Positions 50,505 to 60,118 of a stretch of 64,000 nt of DNA are shown here, piece by piece (positions within the stretch are counted from its first letter, which is position 1; every line of letters starts with the position of its first letter). Below the pieces are notes generated by a model. That model saw only the letters and a list, made by a program, of their open reading frames with translations. It did no database searches and was not told where the DNA came from. The translations under genes were made by a program, and so were the position numbers. Where the stretch lies: assembly GCA_965205675.1 (NCBI GenBank), contig OZ242186.1:1216001-1280000 (forward strand), in the 5' to 3' direction. The stretch is from Nitrosopumilus sp. Its GTDB lineage: Archaea; Thermoproteota; Nitrososphaeria; Nitrososphaerales; Nitrosopumilaceae.

Positions 50505-52583
50505 ATGATTGAAAAAACAACCTACACAAAATCTGCCCTAGTCGACAGGCTAAAGGCATTCCTTAAGGAATTCAAGACCGACGGCAGATACATCTACATT
50601 GATAAAATCGATTCAATGATGCCTGCAAATGCCACGCATCTGACTGTAAACTATGCAGACTTTGCAAGTTCGGATTTGGAGTTAGAATTTAGGGAAAATC
50701 CTGATCTGATATTGGAGGTATTTGCAAGGGCAATCAAAGAAACATTACAAGTCAGATATCCCGACTATGCTGAGAAAACAAAAGACGAGATTGCTGTAAG
50801 AATAACAAACTATCCATTAAAAAACACGGTAAGGCAAATCAACTCAAAGTCGTCTGGAAAATTCATCACAATAAAGGCGATGCTGATTCGAATGTCTGCC
50901 GTAGAGTCAATTCCCAAGGTGGCAGTGTATGTGTGCCCTGATGATCATCCCACAATAATCACGGCAAAAAGAAATTTCAACACAAGAGTTCCAGTTGTGT
51001 GCAACAACCCAAGCTGCAAGCATCGAGAATTTGAGCTAAAGCAGGATGCAAGTACGTTTGTGGACTATCAGATACTGCATCTGCAAGAACTCCCCGGAGA
51101 ACTGCCACCAGGGCAGCTTCCAAAGACGCTGGGAGTATTCGTATCAGGGGACTTGGTGGACTCTGCAAGAATGGGCGACACTGTGGAAATATCAGGAATG
51201 GTGCGGGCCGAACTATCAAACAAGATAAAGCTGGGAAACGAGGTCCAGACATACAGACACAGGCTGTATGCCAACAACGTGGAGCGATTATCAAATGAGA
51301 ATGACTTTGGCGGAAAAATAACCCAAGAAGACATTGAGAAAATCACAAGAGTGTTCCAACACATTTCAGATGAGGGGGCAACAGAGCTAGTCATTGATTC
51401 ATTTGCACCACACATCAAGGGGCATCGACTAATCAAGGAAGCGTTGATACTCACCATGATCGGCTCCGATTCTCATACATTGCCTGACGGTGCAAAGGTG
51501 AGGGGAGACATTAACATATTTCTAGTCGGAGACCCCGGCACCGCAAAATCCGAGATGGGCAAGTCAACGTACAGGGTAGCCCCAAGAGCATTCTACACAT
51601 CAGGTAGGGGCTCGTCAGGCGTAGGACTTACTGCAAGTACAATCCAAGATAAAGTTACGGGAGCATACATGCTGGAGCCAGGCATTACGGTTCTGGCTGA
51701 TCTCGGAACTGCAATTATAGACGAGTTTGACAAAATGGATGCAAAGGATAGAAGTGCGTTACATGAGGTGATGGAGCAGCAGACAGTATCTGTAGCACGC
51801 GGTGGAATAAACGCGACCCTAAACGCGCGGGCATCAATTATAGCAATTGCAAATCCGGTATACGGAAAGTATGATCCATTCAAGAATCTTACTGAGAACA
51901 TTCCAAATATCCCAATACCTCTGCTTACGCGCTTTGATATGATATTTGTTGTAAGAGACGTTCCAGAAAAGGACAGGGACAGAAAAATTGCAAAACACGT
52001 GATATCTGCCCACAACAATAACCTGAATTCTGCATCAAAAAATGCCATGGACATGGAACTGTTTGCAAAATATCTAAGATATGCAAAGCAAAAACACCCA
52101 AAACTATCAACAGAGGCAGAGGAGAAGATAATAAATTATTATATAAAAATGAGAAATACCGATGATTCAGAATCCGGGTTCACCATAACTCCAAGGCAGC
52201 TTGAGGGACTGATACGACTTACCACCGCACGTGCAAAGTTGTTACTAAAGGATATTGCCGATGAAACAGATGCAGACAAGGCGATATCTGTCTTGGAGTT
52301 GATGTTTAAGAGTTCAGGAGTCGATGTCAATACTGGCAAGGTCGACTTGGGAGTATTGCAAGGCAGGCCAAAAAGCGAGAAAGACAAGATTGCGTTATTC
52401 CAGGACATCATGAAAGGACTGGCTGCAACGTATGGGCGAGGTGCAACTGAGAGGGAGATCATAGAGAAGATGGCAGATTCAGGAAAATGGGATGATGTCT
52501 CGGCAAAAGAATTCATCAAAAGATCTCTGAGAGAAAGTATGATTTACGAGTCAAGTCCTGGAAGATACAACCCCGTATCATAG
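50505..52583 (+). CDS. mcm: MCM replicative helicase (element-encoded)
   Basis: GDPGTAKS, IDEFDKM, HEVMEQQ, TRFD, TPRQLE; Zn finger; no intein. Confidence 0.97.
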   Translation: MIEKTTYTKSALVDRLKAFLKEFKTDGRYIYIDKIDSMMPANATHLTVNYADFASSDLELEFRENPDLILEVFARAIKETLQVRYPDYAEKTKDEIAVRITNYPLKNTVRQINSKSSGKFITIKAMLIRMSAVESIPKVAVYVCPDDHPTIITAKRNFNTRVPVVCNNPSCKHREFELKQDASTFVDYQILHLQELPGELPPGQLPKTLGVFVSGDLVDSARMGDTVEISGMVRAELSNKIKLGNEVQTYRHRLYANNVERLSNENDFGGKITQEDIEKITRVFQHISDEGATELVIDSFAPHIKGHRLIKEALILTMIGSDSHTLPDGAKVRGDINIFLVGDPGTAKSEMGKSTYRVAPRAFYTSGRGSSGVGLTASTIQDKVTGAYMLEPGITVLADLGTAIIDEFDKMDAKDRSALHEVMEQQTVSVARGGINATLNARASIIAIANPVYGKYDPFKNLTENIPNIPIPLLTRFDMIFVVRDVPEKDRDRKIAKHVISAHNNNLNSASKNAMDMELFAKYLRYAKQKHPKLSTEAEEKIINYYIKMRNTDDSESGFTITPRQLEGLIRLTTARAKLLLKDIADETDADKAISVLELMFKSSGVDVNTGKVDLGVLQGRPKSEKDKIALFQDIMKGLAATYGRGATEREIIEKMADSGKWDDVSAKEFIKRSLRESMIYESSPGRYNPVS

Positions 52584-52612
52584 TATCATCGTATAATGAT
52601 ATCAATATAAAA

Positions 52613-52924
52613 ATGCCAAAACCCGCAGTACCACAAAAGAACCATTATCTTGACATAATATCCCTTACAAATGAGATAGTACGAATCCAGAAAAAAATGA
52701 TAAAAATCAGAAATCAAATGAATGATTTTCTAGAGAATACAGATGAGACAATACGGATTCAAAGAAGGCTTGAAAAATCAAGAATAAGCACCACTGTATC
52801 AGGGTATGCCGCAGAGAGATTCAAGGAATTTGTCAAAAAAAAACATCATGGAGTAATACGTGGTTCATATCAGCATGAAATGGAGATGGCTATGTTGTTT
52901 TACATTCATTTTTACGATATTTGA
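52613..52924 (+). CDS. Coiled-coil plus RHH-like protein
   Basis: STTVS..AAERFKEFV.KKHHG..RGSY..EMEMAM; paralogous to 53530-53982. Confidence 0.6.
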   Translation: MPKPAVPQKNHYLDIISLTNEIVRIQKKMIKIRNQMNDFLENTDETIRIQRRLEKSRISTTVSGYAAERFKEFVKKKHHGVIRGSYQHEMEMAMLFYIHFYDI

Positions 52925-53345
52925 TCGCAGAAAAACCATGGTAAAAAGGCGATCAAAAATAATTGTAAAGTTTTTGCAAGTCGTGCCTAAAATCGGCGCC
53001 AGCTGGTGCCAAACTGCAAATAGTTTAAGACTATATGATCTCAAAACCAACTAATTGTTTGTTTGTTGTTTGTTTGCAAGTAGATATGGAAAAAATTTCA
53101 GAGTTATTTTTAGGAACGAAAAACTGTTAATTTCACTGATTTTTGAGATATCACAACAAACTCTTTGTAGTTTGGCGCCAACTGGTGCCAACTGGTGCCA
53201 AACTACAAATAATTAATTAAAAATATGCATTATAACGCCAAACTACAAATAATTTTTAGATCTCTAGGCACGAATAATTCTGAAAACAGTATCTATGATA
53301 CTTCAAACAATAAAACAACAAACAAACAATTTTAGGCGTGTTGGC

Positions 53346-53507
53346 GCCAAACTACAATTTGTTGTTTAGTGCCAAACTACAATTTGTTGTTTAGTGCCAA
53401 ACTACAATTTGTTGTTTAGTGCCAAACTACAATTTGTTGTTTAGTGCCAAACTACAATTTGTTGTTTAGTGCCAAACTACAATTTGTTGTTTAGTGCCAA
53501 ACTACAA
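53346..53507. repeat. Tandem array of a 25-bp unit (6 full copies plus 1 partial), iteron- or centromere-like
   Basis: GCCAAACTACAATTTGTTGTTTAGT at 53346, 53371, 53396, 53421, 53446, 53471; partial at 53496. Confidence 0.95.
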
Positions 53508-53529
53508 ATAATTATTAATCGTATCTGAA

Positions 53530-53982
53530 ATGGAAGAAAACAAAGTTAGAATTCATACTCGTATAGATGAGAGTATCAAGGCTCGCTGGGAGTATTTCCT
53601 ATTGTCACATCATCATGCAATTAAAGGCGGATATGGACCTGAATTAGGCAGAGCCATGGAGATGTACATGAATCAATTTGAAAAAATTCCCGAAAATAAT
53701 ATACCGCAAATGAATATGAACAAGACAACACGCGATGGGTTGAGATTGATATGTATTGCATTTAGGGCATTGCCGACATATCCATCCGTTGCACCGCTTG
53801 TTGTGAGGTCAGTCGTGAAAAACAGTCTGTCCAAAAAGGACAATAGAAGTTTTAATGGGTATCTAAAACGTGTAGTTGAACATCTTGAGGACCACACATC
53901 AGATGATGGAACAAAGACAAAGTCTGTGAAGAAATTCTGTGAATATGTTGACCGGCTGCTAAATGAAAATTCTTTGAAATAA
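53530..53982 (+). CDS. RHH-like DNA-binding protein with C-terminal extension
   Basis: RIHTRID..IKARWEYF...HH..KGGYGPELGRAM. Confidence 0.65.
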   Translation: MEENKVRIHTRIDESIKARWEYFLLSHHHAIKGGYGPELGRAMEMYMNQFEKIPENNIPQMNMNKTTRDGLRLICIAFRALPTYPSVAPLVVRSVVKNSLSKKDNRSFNGYLKRVVEHLEDHTSDDGTKTKSVKKFCEYVDRLLNENSLK

Positions 53983-54075
53983 TGTGTTGTGAGACTGATG
54001 TGGCACGTTCTGATGATCTTCTATTAAGACAAATAAAATTGCTGATTCTGCATATTTCAAACAGAAAATCTGTTT

Positions 54076-54867
54076 TTGAACAACATCGTATTACAAGATA
54101 AACAAACTTTGCAAAATCCATACACTAGAAGCTCGATGCTATACTGGCATCCTAAAATAAAACACTTGGATATTCCTCAACCGCAAACGGGGATTATACA
54201 GATTCCACCTGCAAAGTTTGCAGAGCTAATCGATGGCAACTCTACACTGTCTGAATATTCTGAAGAGTTTTCAAAAATTCTAAATTCGTTGGGACCATTT
54301 CCCATTTTCTTGAGAACTGATAACTCTAGCCAAAAGCATTCCTTCAAAAAGACATGCAGATTGCCTGATGAACTGTCTCTGCTTGGACATATTCTGGAAC
54401 TGGTAGATTCCAACATGGCATCAAACATGACAGATAACGCCCTGGTTTTCAGAAAATGGCTTGATCTTGATGCGGGATTTTCAGCCTTTGATGGACTGCC
54501 AATAAATGTGGAGGCGCGGGCATTTATCAATTGCGGCAAAGTACAATGCATTCATCCGTACTGGCCTGAGGGTGCAATACAGCAGTGGTTGGACCGGAGA
54601 GAATTGTCAGGGAGACAATTTGGCAAGAGTATGCCGCACCAAATAAATCCCAGATGGAGGGAAATTCTCAAGTCTCAAAATGATATTGTGATAAAATCAA
54701 AACAAATTCTGGAGAAATACTGCACAATGGTAATTGATGGTATCGGTAGTGATTACTGGTCAGTAGACTTTGCACTTGGCAGAGACGGTACGTGGTATCT
54801 CATTGATATGGCAGCAGGCGAGGTATCGTATCATTGCCATGATTGTGAATTTGTGATGAATAATTAA
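54076..54867 (+). CDS. ATP-grasp protein (Cdc123/R2K-like)
   Basis: FLRTD..SQKH, EARAFI, WSVDF..WYLID. Confidence 0.65.
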   Translation: MNNIVLQDKQTLQNPYTRSSMLYWHPKIKHLDIPQPQTGIIQIPPAKFAELIDGNSTLSEYSEEFSKILNSLGPFPIFLRTDNSSQKHSFKKTCRLPDELSLLGHILELVDSNMASNMTDNALVFRKWLDLDAGFSAFDGLPINVEARAFINCGKVQCIHPYWPEGAIQQWLDRRELSGRQFGKSMPHQINPRWREILKSQNDIVIKSKQILEKYCTMVIDGIGSDYWSVDFALGRDGTWYLIDMAAGEVSYHCHDCEFVMNN

Positions 54868-55314
54868 ATGAAGGTTCTCCAGGTTCCAATTTTACTTTGT
54901 TTCAGGTGCAAAAGAAACTTTACTCCGAAAATTGATACAGATGCTCTGACAGTTGCAATTCCAAAGGCATGTCCACACAGAGACTGCCGTTCTCAGACGT
55001 GGAATGTTCCTGGCGACGAATTAAAAATTATCCGCAAGACTCAGAACCTTAACTTGCTAAATGGTCCCAAACACAAAACAGGAATAAAAAAGTCAGTGCC
55101 AGTACTTGCAGGATATCTGCCAAAAAAGAATGAAAAAGTTCCATTGGTTGTGTGTGTTGACTGTGAGCTGTTCTTCTGCGATGGACCGTCCCTGAAGAGG
55201 CATCAGCATAGACGGCATCACGGCATGTGCAGCAAATGTCATGCCAGTAACGTGTATGTTGCATTGAGGAACGGCAATACGGTTTGCCAAAACTGCGTTG
55301 AACCTGAAAAATAA
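54868..55314 (+). CDS. Multi-zinc-finger protein
   Basis: CFRC, CPHRDC, CVDC..H...H, CSKC, CQNC. Confidence 0.7.
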   Translation: MKVLQVPILLCFRCKRNFTPKIDTDALTVAIPKACPHRDCRSQTWNVPGDELKIIRKTQNLNLLNGPKHKTGIKKSVPVLAGYLPKKNEKVPLVVCVDCELFFCDGPSLKRHQHRRHHGMCSKCHASNVYVALRNGNTVCQNCVEPEK

Positions 55315-55372
55315 AACGGCGCAAGAAGTGAATCTGTTAATACATATGGCAGATTTTTATTAAAAATTTATC

Positions 55373-55582
55373 ATGGGGTGTCGTGAAACGTGCGATGTAT
55401 ACAAGGCAAAAAAACCATTCATGTCAAGCAGATACTCTAATGGACAAAAGAGATGTTCTACATGCAGTATCTTCATTCATTGGGATGGAGTATTCTGTCC
55501 CTGTTGCAGCATGACTCTGAGAACTGGTCCGCGCAACGCCTCAGACAAGGCACGACTGTTATCAGCCAAACCGAAACCGTAA
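55373..55582 (+). CDS. Small Cys-rich protein
   Basis: RY..GQKRC..C.IFI.WDG..CPCC...LRT.PR; recalled as common in Nitrososphaerota, not verified. Confidence 0.7.
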   Translation: MGCRETCDVYKAKKPFMSSRYSNGQKRCSTCSIFIHWDGVFCPCCSMTLRTGPRNASDKARLLSAKPKP

Positions 55583-55644
55583 GGAAAACCAACTAATTTC
55601 TGGTATGTCTTGGCGATATTGAAAAACATCAAAAATCACATAGC

Positions 55645-56088
55645 ATGATATTTTTCGTACCTGACAAAAAATCAGATGATACGCAGCTCTTGGCAATTGC
55701 TGCATATCTGGAGCATACTCATAATATCCCCAAGAGTCAAATCAAAAAAGACTGGTATGTCCTGATAAATCCTAAAAGGCATAATATTTTTGGAATCACC
55801 CAACGTGTCGTTCCAAAACTGGTCCAAATAGATACGATTATCCACAATCCGGACATCATAATACTTGACAAGCATTACAAACTTGCACATATCATTGAGC
55901 TTGACGGTTACTCTCACAAGACACAACAGGGACTGCAAAAAACTGCAAAACGAAACCAGCACTATACACAATCAAAGATACCCTTTACCGTACTTGATGT
56001 TGAGGATTTGAAGCGTATTGGCAAAAGCTGGTTTGAATATATTGATGAGGCACTGCATGAAACCCTCGATTTGATCCAAAATGGATAA
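55645..56088 (+). CDS. PD-(D/E)xK / DUF559-Vsr-like endonuclease
   Basis: PDII...IIELDG.SH...RN..Y. Confidence 0.7.
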   Translation: MIFFVPDKKSDDTQLLAIAAYLEHTHNIPKSQIKKDWYVLINPKRHNIFGITQRVVPKLVQIDTIIHNPDIIILDKHYKLAHIIELDGYSHKTQQGLQKTAKRNQHYTQSKIPFTVLDVEDLKRIGKSWFEYIDEALHETLDLIQNG

Positions 56089-56320
56089 TTCCACCAAAAA
56101 TCACTTTGTCTGTTGCGAAATTACAATGGATTGTCATATACAAGCAAAGACTATTTCTGAGGTCGTGAGCATGATAAAAGAAGCAACCAAAGTTTGCAGA
56201 ATCTGATAAAAGAGCAGTCAAAAAAACATTTGCAGTATAGTTTTTTTGGATTATTGAAATGACTGTCGTTTCCATTTGTAATGGTAAACATGACTGCCGT
56301 AAAATCCTGTATGGCATTGC

Positions 56321-56719
56321 ATGACTGACTGCAAGCGCTGCAAGACTGTTATTTATTTTGAGAATAATCGCTGCTTTGATGCCAATGGCATACCTCATGA
56401 CATCAGAGTGTGCAGTACCATTCCAAATCATGTGTGGTGTCCCCTACACCGAGAATTATTTTCTCAAAAAGAACCGTGTACGCACTATGGTAAATACGGA
56501 TATGAGCCTGGACAGAACGAGGAATTTTTCATTGCTTTGATCTATCAGAACTATTCGAAAGGTGACTGGTTTCTCAGAAGACACAAAACTTTCAGAGGTC
56601 CCATGAAAAAATCTGTCTGCAAAAAATGCAGTACTCCAATACACAACATGAGTGAGAGACAGCAGGTCTTGCATGAAAAAATACATCTCAGTCAAAACTC
56701 GCTTGGAGAGTTTTTTTAG
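56321..56719 (+). CDS. Zn-finger protein
   Basis: CKRC, H...C, CPLH, CKKC..H...H. Confidence 0.6.
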   Translation: MTDCKRCKTVIYFENNRCFDANGIPHDIRVCSTIPNHVWCPLHRELFSQKEPCTHYGKYGYEPGQNEEFFIALIYQNYSKGDWFLRRHKTFRGPMKKSVCKKCSTPIHNMSERQQVLHEKIHLSQNSLGEFF

Positions 56720-56763
56720 ATTTTCTGCACGGCTGTCTTTTTAATTAGACATATCTAAGACCT

Positions 56764-57693
56764 TTGGAATTTTCTGAAATATTTCTCTCAGAAGAGTTTT
56801 TAGCTGCACTTGTAATATTGTGTTTGATAGTTGTAATGAGTGATAAGACAGGAAACCGAGTTAAGATTGTTACTGCTATAATCTCCGCAATCGCCACGAT
56901 ATTCATTGCATTTCAAAGCAAGTTTATCGGTATTGATGCAATAACGGCATTGTATGAGGATGACCCAGATCACATACTGTTTAGTGTATTTGAAATAGTC
57001 GCATCCGTTTCATTTGGCATATTTTTAATTCTGGCGATGGTCCCCGGCACGATGCTGCTGTTTTTTGTAATTGACAGAACAAGGGATAGAATTAAAACAA
57101 ACAGTCTTTCTGTGTCGTTGCAAGACGAATCAAAACTGTTTCCTGGTGGGGTGTTGTACCTTGATGTAAAGTATACCGGTCGCATGTACATGGGTTATTT
57201 TACTGCTGATATCATTACACCTTTTGATGAGTATTCAGTAAAATCAAAGCATTACAACAGCACAAAACAGTCTGGCACGCTTTGGGGGCGGAACAATGAT
57301 ACTTTTGGGTTAAAATGTGAGATACCTGATAATTTCAAACCTGACAGATGCAAAGTTCTCATAAAAGCCAAATGTACAATGAAAATATTTGGAATTTTCT
57401 TACCAGTACAGTACACCATTCAAGAACAAGAGTTGGAATGTACAATTTGTGACGTTTTATCAAATACTGAGGAAAAATTATGCGCTTACGTTGATGAAAA
57501 AATAGTATCGGTCAACAAGAGGACAGATACACTTGATGAAAAAATGAATAAAAGATTTGACGTGCTGGAAGAAAAGATTGAAAAATTACATGATATGATT
57601 TTAGATGAACCGCTGAGATCCCTTAAGATAAGATACGCAAAAGGGTATATTACACGCGATGAATTCCTGTGGATCAAAAATGATTTACTCTAG
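56764..57693 (+). CDS. Membrane protein with coiled coil and C-terminal SHOCT-like motif
   Basis: 3 TM; LKIRYAKGYITRDEF. Confidence 0.7.
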   Translation: MEFSEIFLSEEFLAALVILCLIVVMSDKTGNRVKIVTAIISAIATIFIAFQSKFIGIDAITALYEDDPDHILFSVFEIVASVSFGIFLILAMVPGTMLLFFVIDRTRDRIKTNSLSVSLQDESKLFPGGVLYLDVKYTGRMYMGYFTADIITPFDEYSVKSKHYNSTKQSGTLWGRNNDTFGLKCEIPDNFKPDRCKVLIKAKCTMKIFGIFLPVQYTIQEQELECTICDVLSNTEEKLCAYVDEKIVSVNKRTDTLDEKMNKRFDVLEEKIEKLHDMILDEPLRSLKIRYAKGYITRDEFLWIKNDLL

Positions 57694-57738
57694 TCTGCAC
57701 ACGTCTTTTTGAAAATGACTCATTTGATAATTATAATG

Positions 57739-57798
57739 TGGACCTGCTGAGAGTTGAAATCCCAATCTCCTGGTTTTCAAGTAGGTTATGTCAGGCGC
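57739..57798 (-). pseudogene. tRNA-Ala-like relic lacking the D-arm
   Basis: GCGCCTG..CAGGTCC A acceptor with G3:U70 (mismatch at pair 2); T-arm TTGGGA-TTTCAAC-TCTCAG; degenerate anticodon arm. Confidence 0.45.
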
Positions 57799-57911
57799 GC
57801 CAATCTCTTTTTTATCACATTCAAATGTATATATTAAATATTTTCTGAAAATGCATCAAATCTCTAAAAACTAATATGAGCTGAAGAGTAAACGCCCATT
57901 GTATGACTGAA

Positions 57912-57971
57912 CATTCCTTCTCATTCCTTCTCATTCCTTCTCATTCCTTCTCATTCCTTCTCATTCCTTCT
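57912..57971. repeat. 10-bp microsatellite, 6 copies
   Basis: (CATTCCTTCT)6, about 200 bp upstream of mod. Confidence 0.95.
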
Positions 57972-58175
57972 ATTATGATGGTATCAAGGGCAGTACCTGC
58001 CCATGAATGTGTCAAAGACCCTAGAGATACAACTCTTAAAACACCCCTCTAAAACAAAACCCGAATCTCAAGAAAACAAAAATTATCATTTACTTGCAAA
58101 TCCTATACTTTTAGATTTGAGATTCCAAAGAATTCTCCAATTCTGCATATACAAAATGATTTTGGATAGAACAAA

Positions 58176-60113
58176 ATGACTGTAAGAGTATCTAGAGAAT
58201 CCTCCGATATCGTGAAAGGAAAAATTCAAATTCTGAAACAAATAATTCCAGAATGTTTTACAGAAGGGACTCTCGATATTGAGAAATTAAAGAATACTGT
58301 TGGTCAAACCTTGGACTCTAATGATGAAAAATATACTCTGAATTGGGCAGGACGTAACGATACTTTCAAAAATATACAAATACCTATAAGGGATACTCTT
58401 GTACCAAACAAAAACGAATCTGTGAAATTTGATGATACAGAAAATATTTTCATTGAAGGAGAGAATCTTGAAGTTTTAAAGTTATTACAAAGATCATATT
58501 TTGGTAAAATCAAAATGATTTACATTGACCCGCCATACAACACAGGAAAAGATCTTATCTATAAAGATAATTTTCATGAAGATATATCCGAATATTTGAA
58601 AGAAACAGGACAGTCAAAAGATGGAATAAAATTAACTACAAATCCAGAAACATCTGGGCGTTTTCATTCGGATTGGATTTCTTCTATGTACGCACGATTG
58701 TTTATAGCTAGAGATTTACTGACAGATGATGGTGTGATTTTTGTATCGATTGACGATAAAGAAGTTCATAATTTAAAACTAATAATGAATGAAATCTTTG
58801 GCGAAGAAAATTTTATTACGAATATAATTTGGGAGGGTGGCTTGAAGAATGATTCAACATTTTTTTCAATTTCTCACGATCATATTTTATGCTATGTGAA
58901 AAATCAATCTTTATTAAAAAATAATAAAACAAAATGGAGGTTAGAGAAAAAAGGTATTGATTCAATATATGAGCAAGTAAAAAAATTAAATGAAAATAGT
59001 TCTAATCATCAAATACTCTCAAAAGAATTAAAGAAATGGTATGGGGAATTAGATAAAAACGATCCAGCGTGGAAACATAGACATTATGATGACATTGATG
59101 AAAACGGTGTTTTTTTTGGAGGTGATATATCTTGGCCGGGAAGCGGAGGGCCAAGATATGACGTAATTCATCCAAAAACAAGAAAACCAGTAAAAATTCC
59201 AAGATCGGGATGGAGATATTCTAAACAAGAAAAAATGAATCAGCAAATTAGAGATAATAAAATTCAATTTGGCATAGATGAAACTACTGTTCCAAAAATA
59301 AAACGATATTTGCATGAAACTGAAGGTCAAGTGTACCCAAGTGTAATCTATAAAGATAGACGTGCTGCAAAACAAACACTTGATAGATTATTTCATACAG
59401 ACATATTTGATGATCCAAAAGACGTAAATGTTATTAAAGATTTAATTCGTTTAATTACAGAACGCGATGACATCATCCTAGATTTCTTTGCGGGTTCTGG
59501 AACTACTGCACATGCAGTCATGGAATTAAATAAAGATGATGAAGGAAATAGAAAATTTATTTGTATTCAAATACCAGAAATAATAATTGATAAACCAAAA
59601 AACAAATCTACACGAGACTTCTTAAAACAAATAAAAAAACCCATTAATATCGCTGAAATATGCAAAGAAAGAATAAGACGTGTCATCAAAAATATAGATC
59701 CAAACTCAGATTTGGATCTGGGTTTTAAAGTATTCAAACTTGCAAAATCCAATTACAAGATATGGGAAAATTATCTAGGTAAGGATGAAAAAGAATTGGA
59801 AAAACAAATTAAATTGTTTGAATCTCCTCTAATAGAGAAATATACAGATGAAGATGTGATATACGAATGTATTATTAAAGAAGGATATAATTTCAACAGT
59901 AAAATTGAAAAATTAAAAATAAAATCAAATACAGTATACAAAATTACGGATACGACTAATTCATTTTATATCTGTCTTGACAAAACAATTACAGATGATA
60001 TTATCAAAGAAGTAAAGATAATTAATAATGATATCTTGATTTGTATTGATGCGGCACTTGATGATAGTCAAAAAACAAATCTGTCCAATCAGTGCAATCT
60101 AAAAACACTTTAG
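58176..60113 (+). CDS. mod: Type III R-M methyltransferase subunit
   Basis: IYIDPPYNTG, HSDW, DFFAGSGTT, ERIRR. Confidence 0.95.
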   Translation: MTVRVSRESSDIVKGKIQILKQIIPECFTEGTLDIEKLKNTVGQTLDSNDEKYTLNWAGRNDTFKNIQIPIRDTLVPNKNESVKFDDTENIFIEGENLEVLKLLQRSYFGKIKMIYIDPPYNTGKDLIYKDNFHEDISEYLKETGQSKDGIKLTTNPETSGRFHSDWISSMYARLFIARDLLTDDGVIFVSIDDKEVHNLKLIMNEIFGEENFITNIIWEGGLKNDSTFFSISHDHILCYVKNQSLLKNNKTKWRLEKKGIDSIYEQVKKLNENSSNHQILSKELKKWYGELDKNDPAWKHRHYDDIDENGVFFGGDISWPGSGGPRYDVIHPKTRKPVKIPRSGWRYSKQEKMNQQIRDNKIQFGIDETTVPKIKRYLHETEGQVYPSVIYKDRRAAKQTLDRLFHTDIFDDPKDVNVIKDLIRLITERDDIILDFFAGSGTTAHAVMELNKDDEGNRKFICIQIPEIIIDKPKNKSTRDFLKQIKKPINIAEICKERIRRVIKNIDPNSDLDLGFKVFKLAKSNYKIWENYLGKDEKELEKQIKLFESPLIEKYTDEDVIYECIIKEGYNFNSKIEKLKIKSNTVYKITDTTNSFYICLDKTITDDIIKEVKIINNDILICIDAALDDSQKTNLSNQCNLKTL

Positions 60114-60118
60114 GCTAT

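Noticed and set aside
50505-52583. Intein in MCM
   Set aside because: Length of 692 aa and contiguous Walker motifs leave no room for one
53346-53507. CRISPR array
   Set aside because: Units are head-to-tail with no spacers, and no cas genes are in the window
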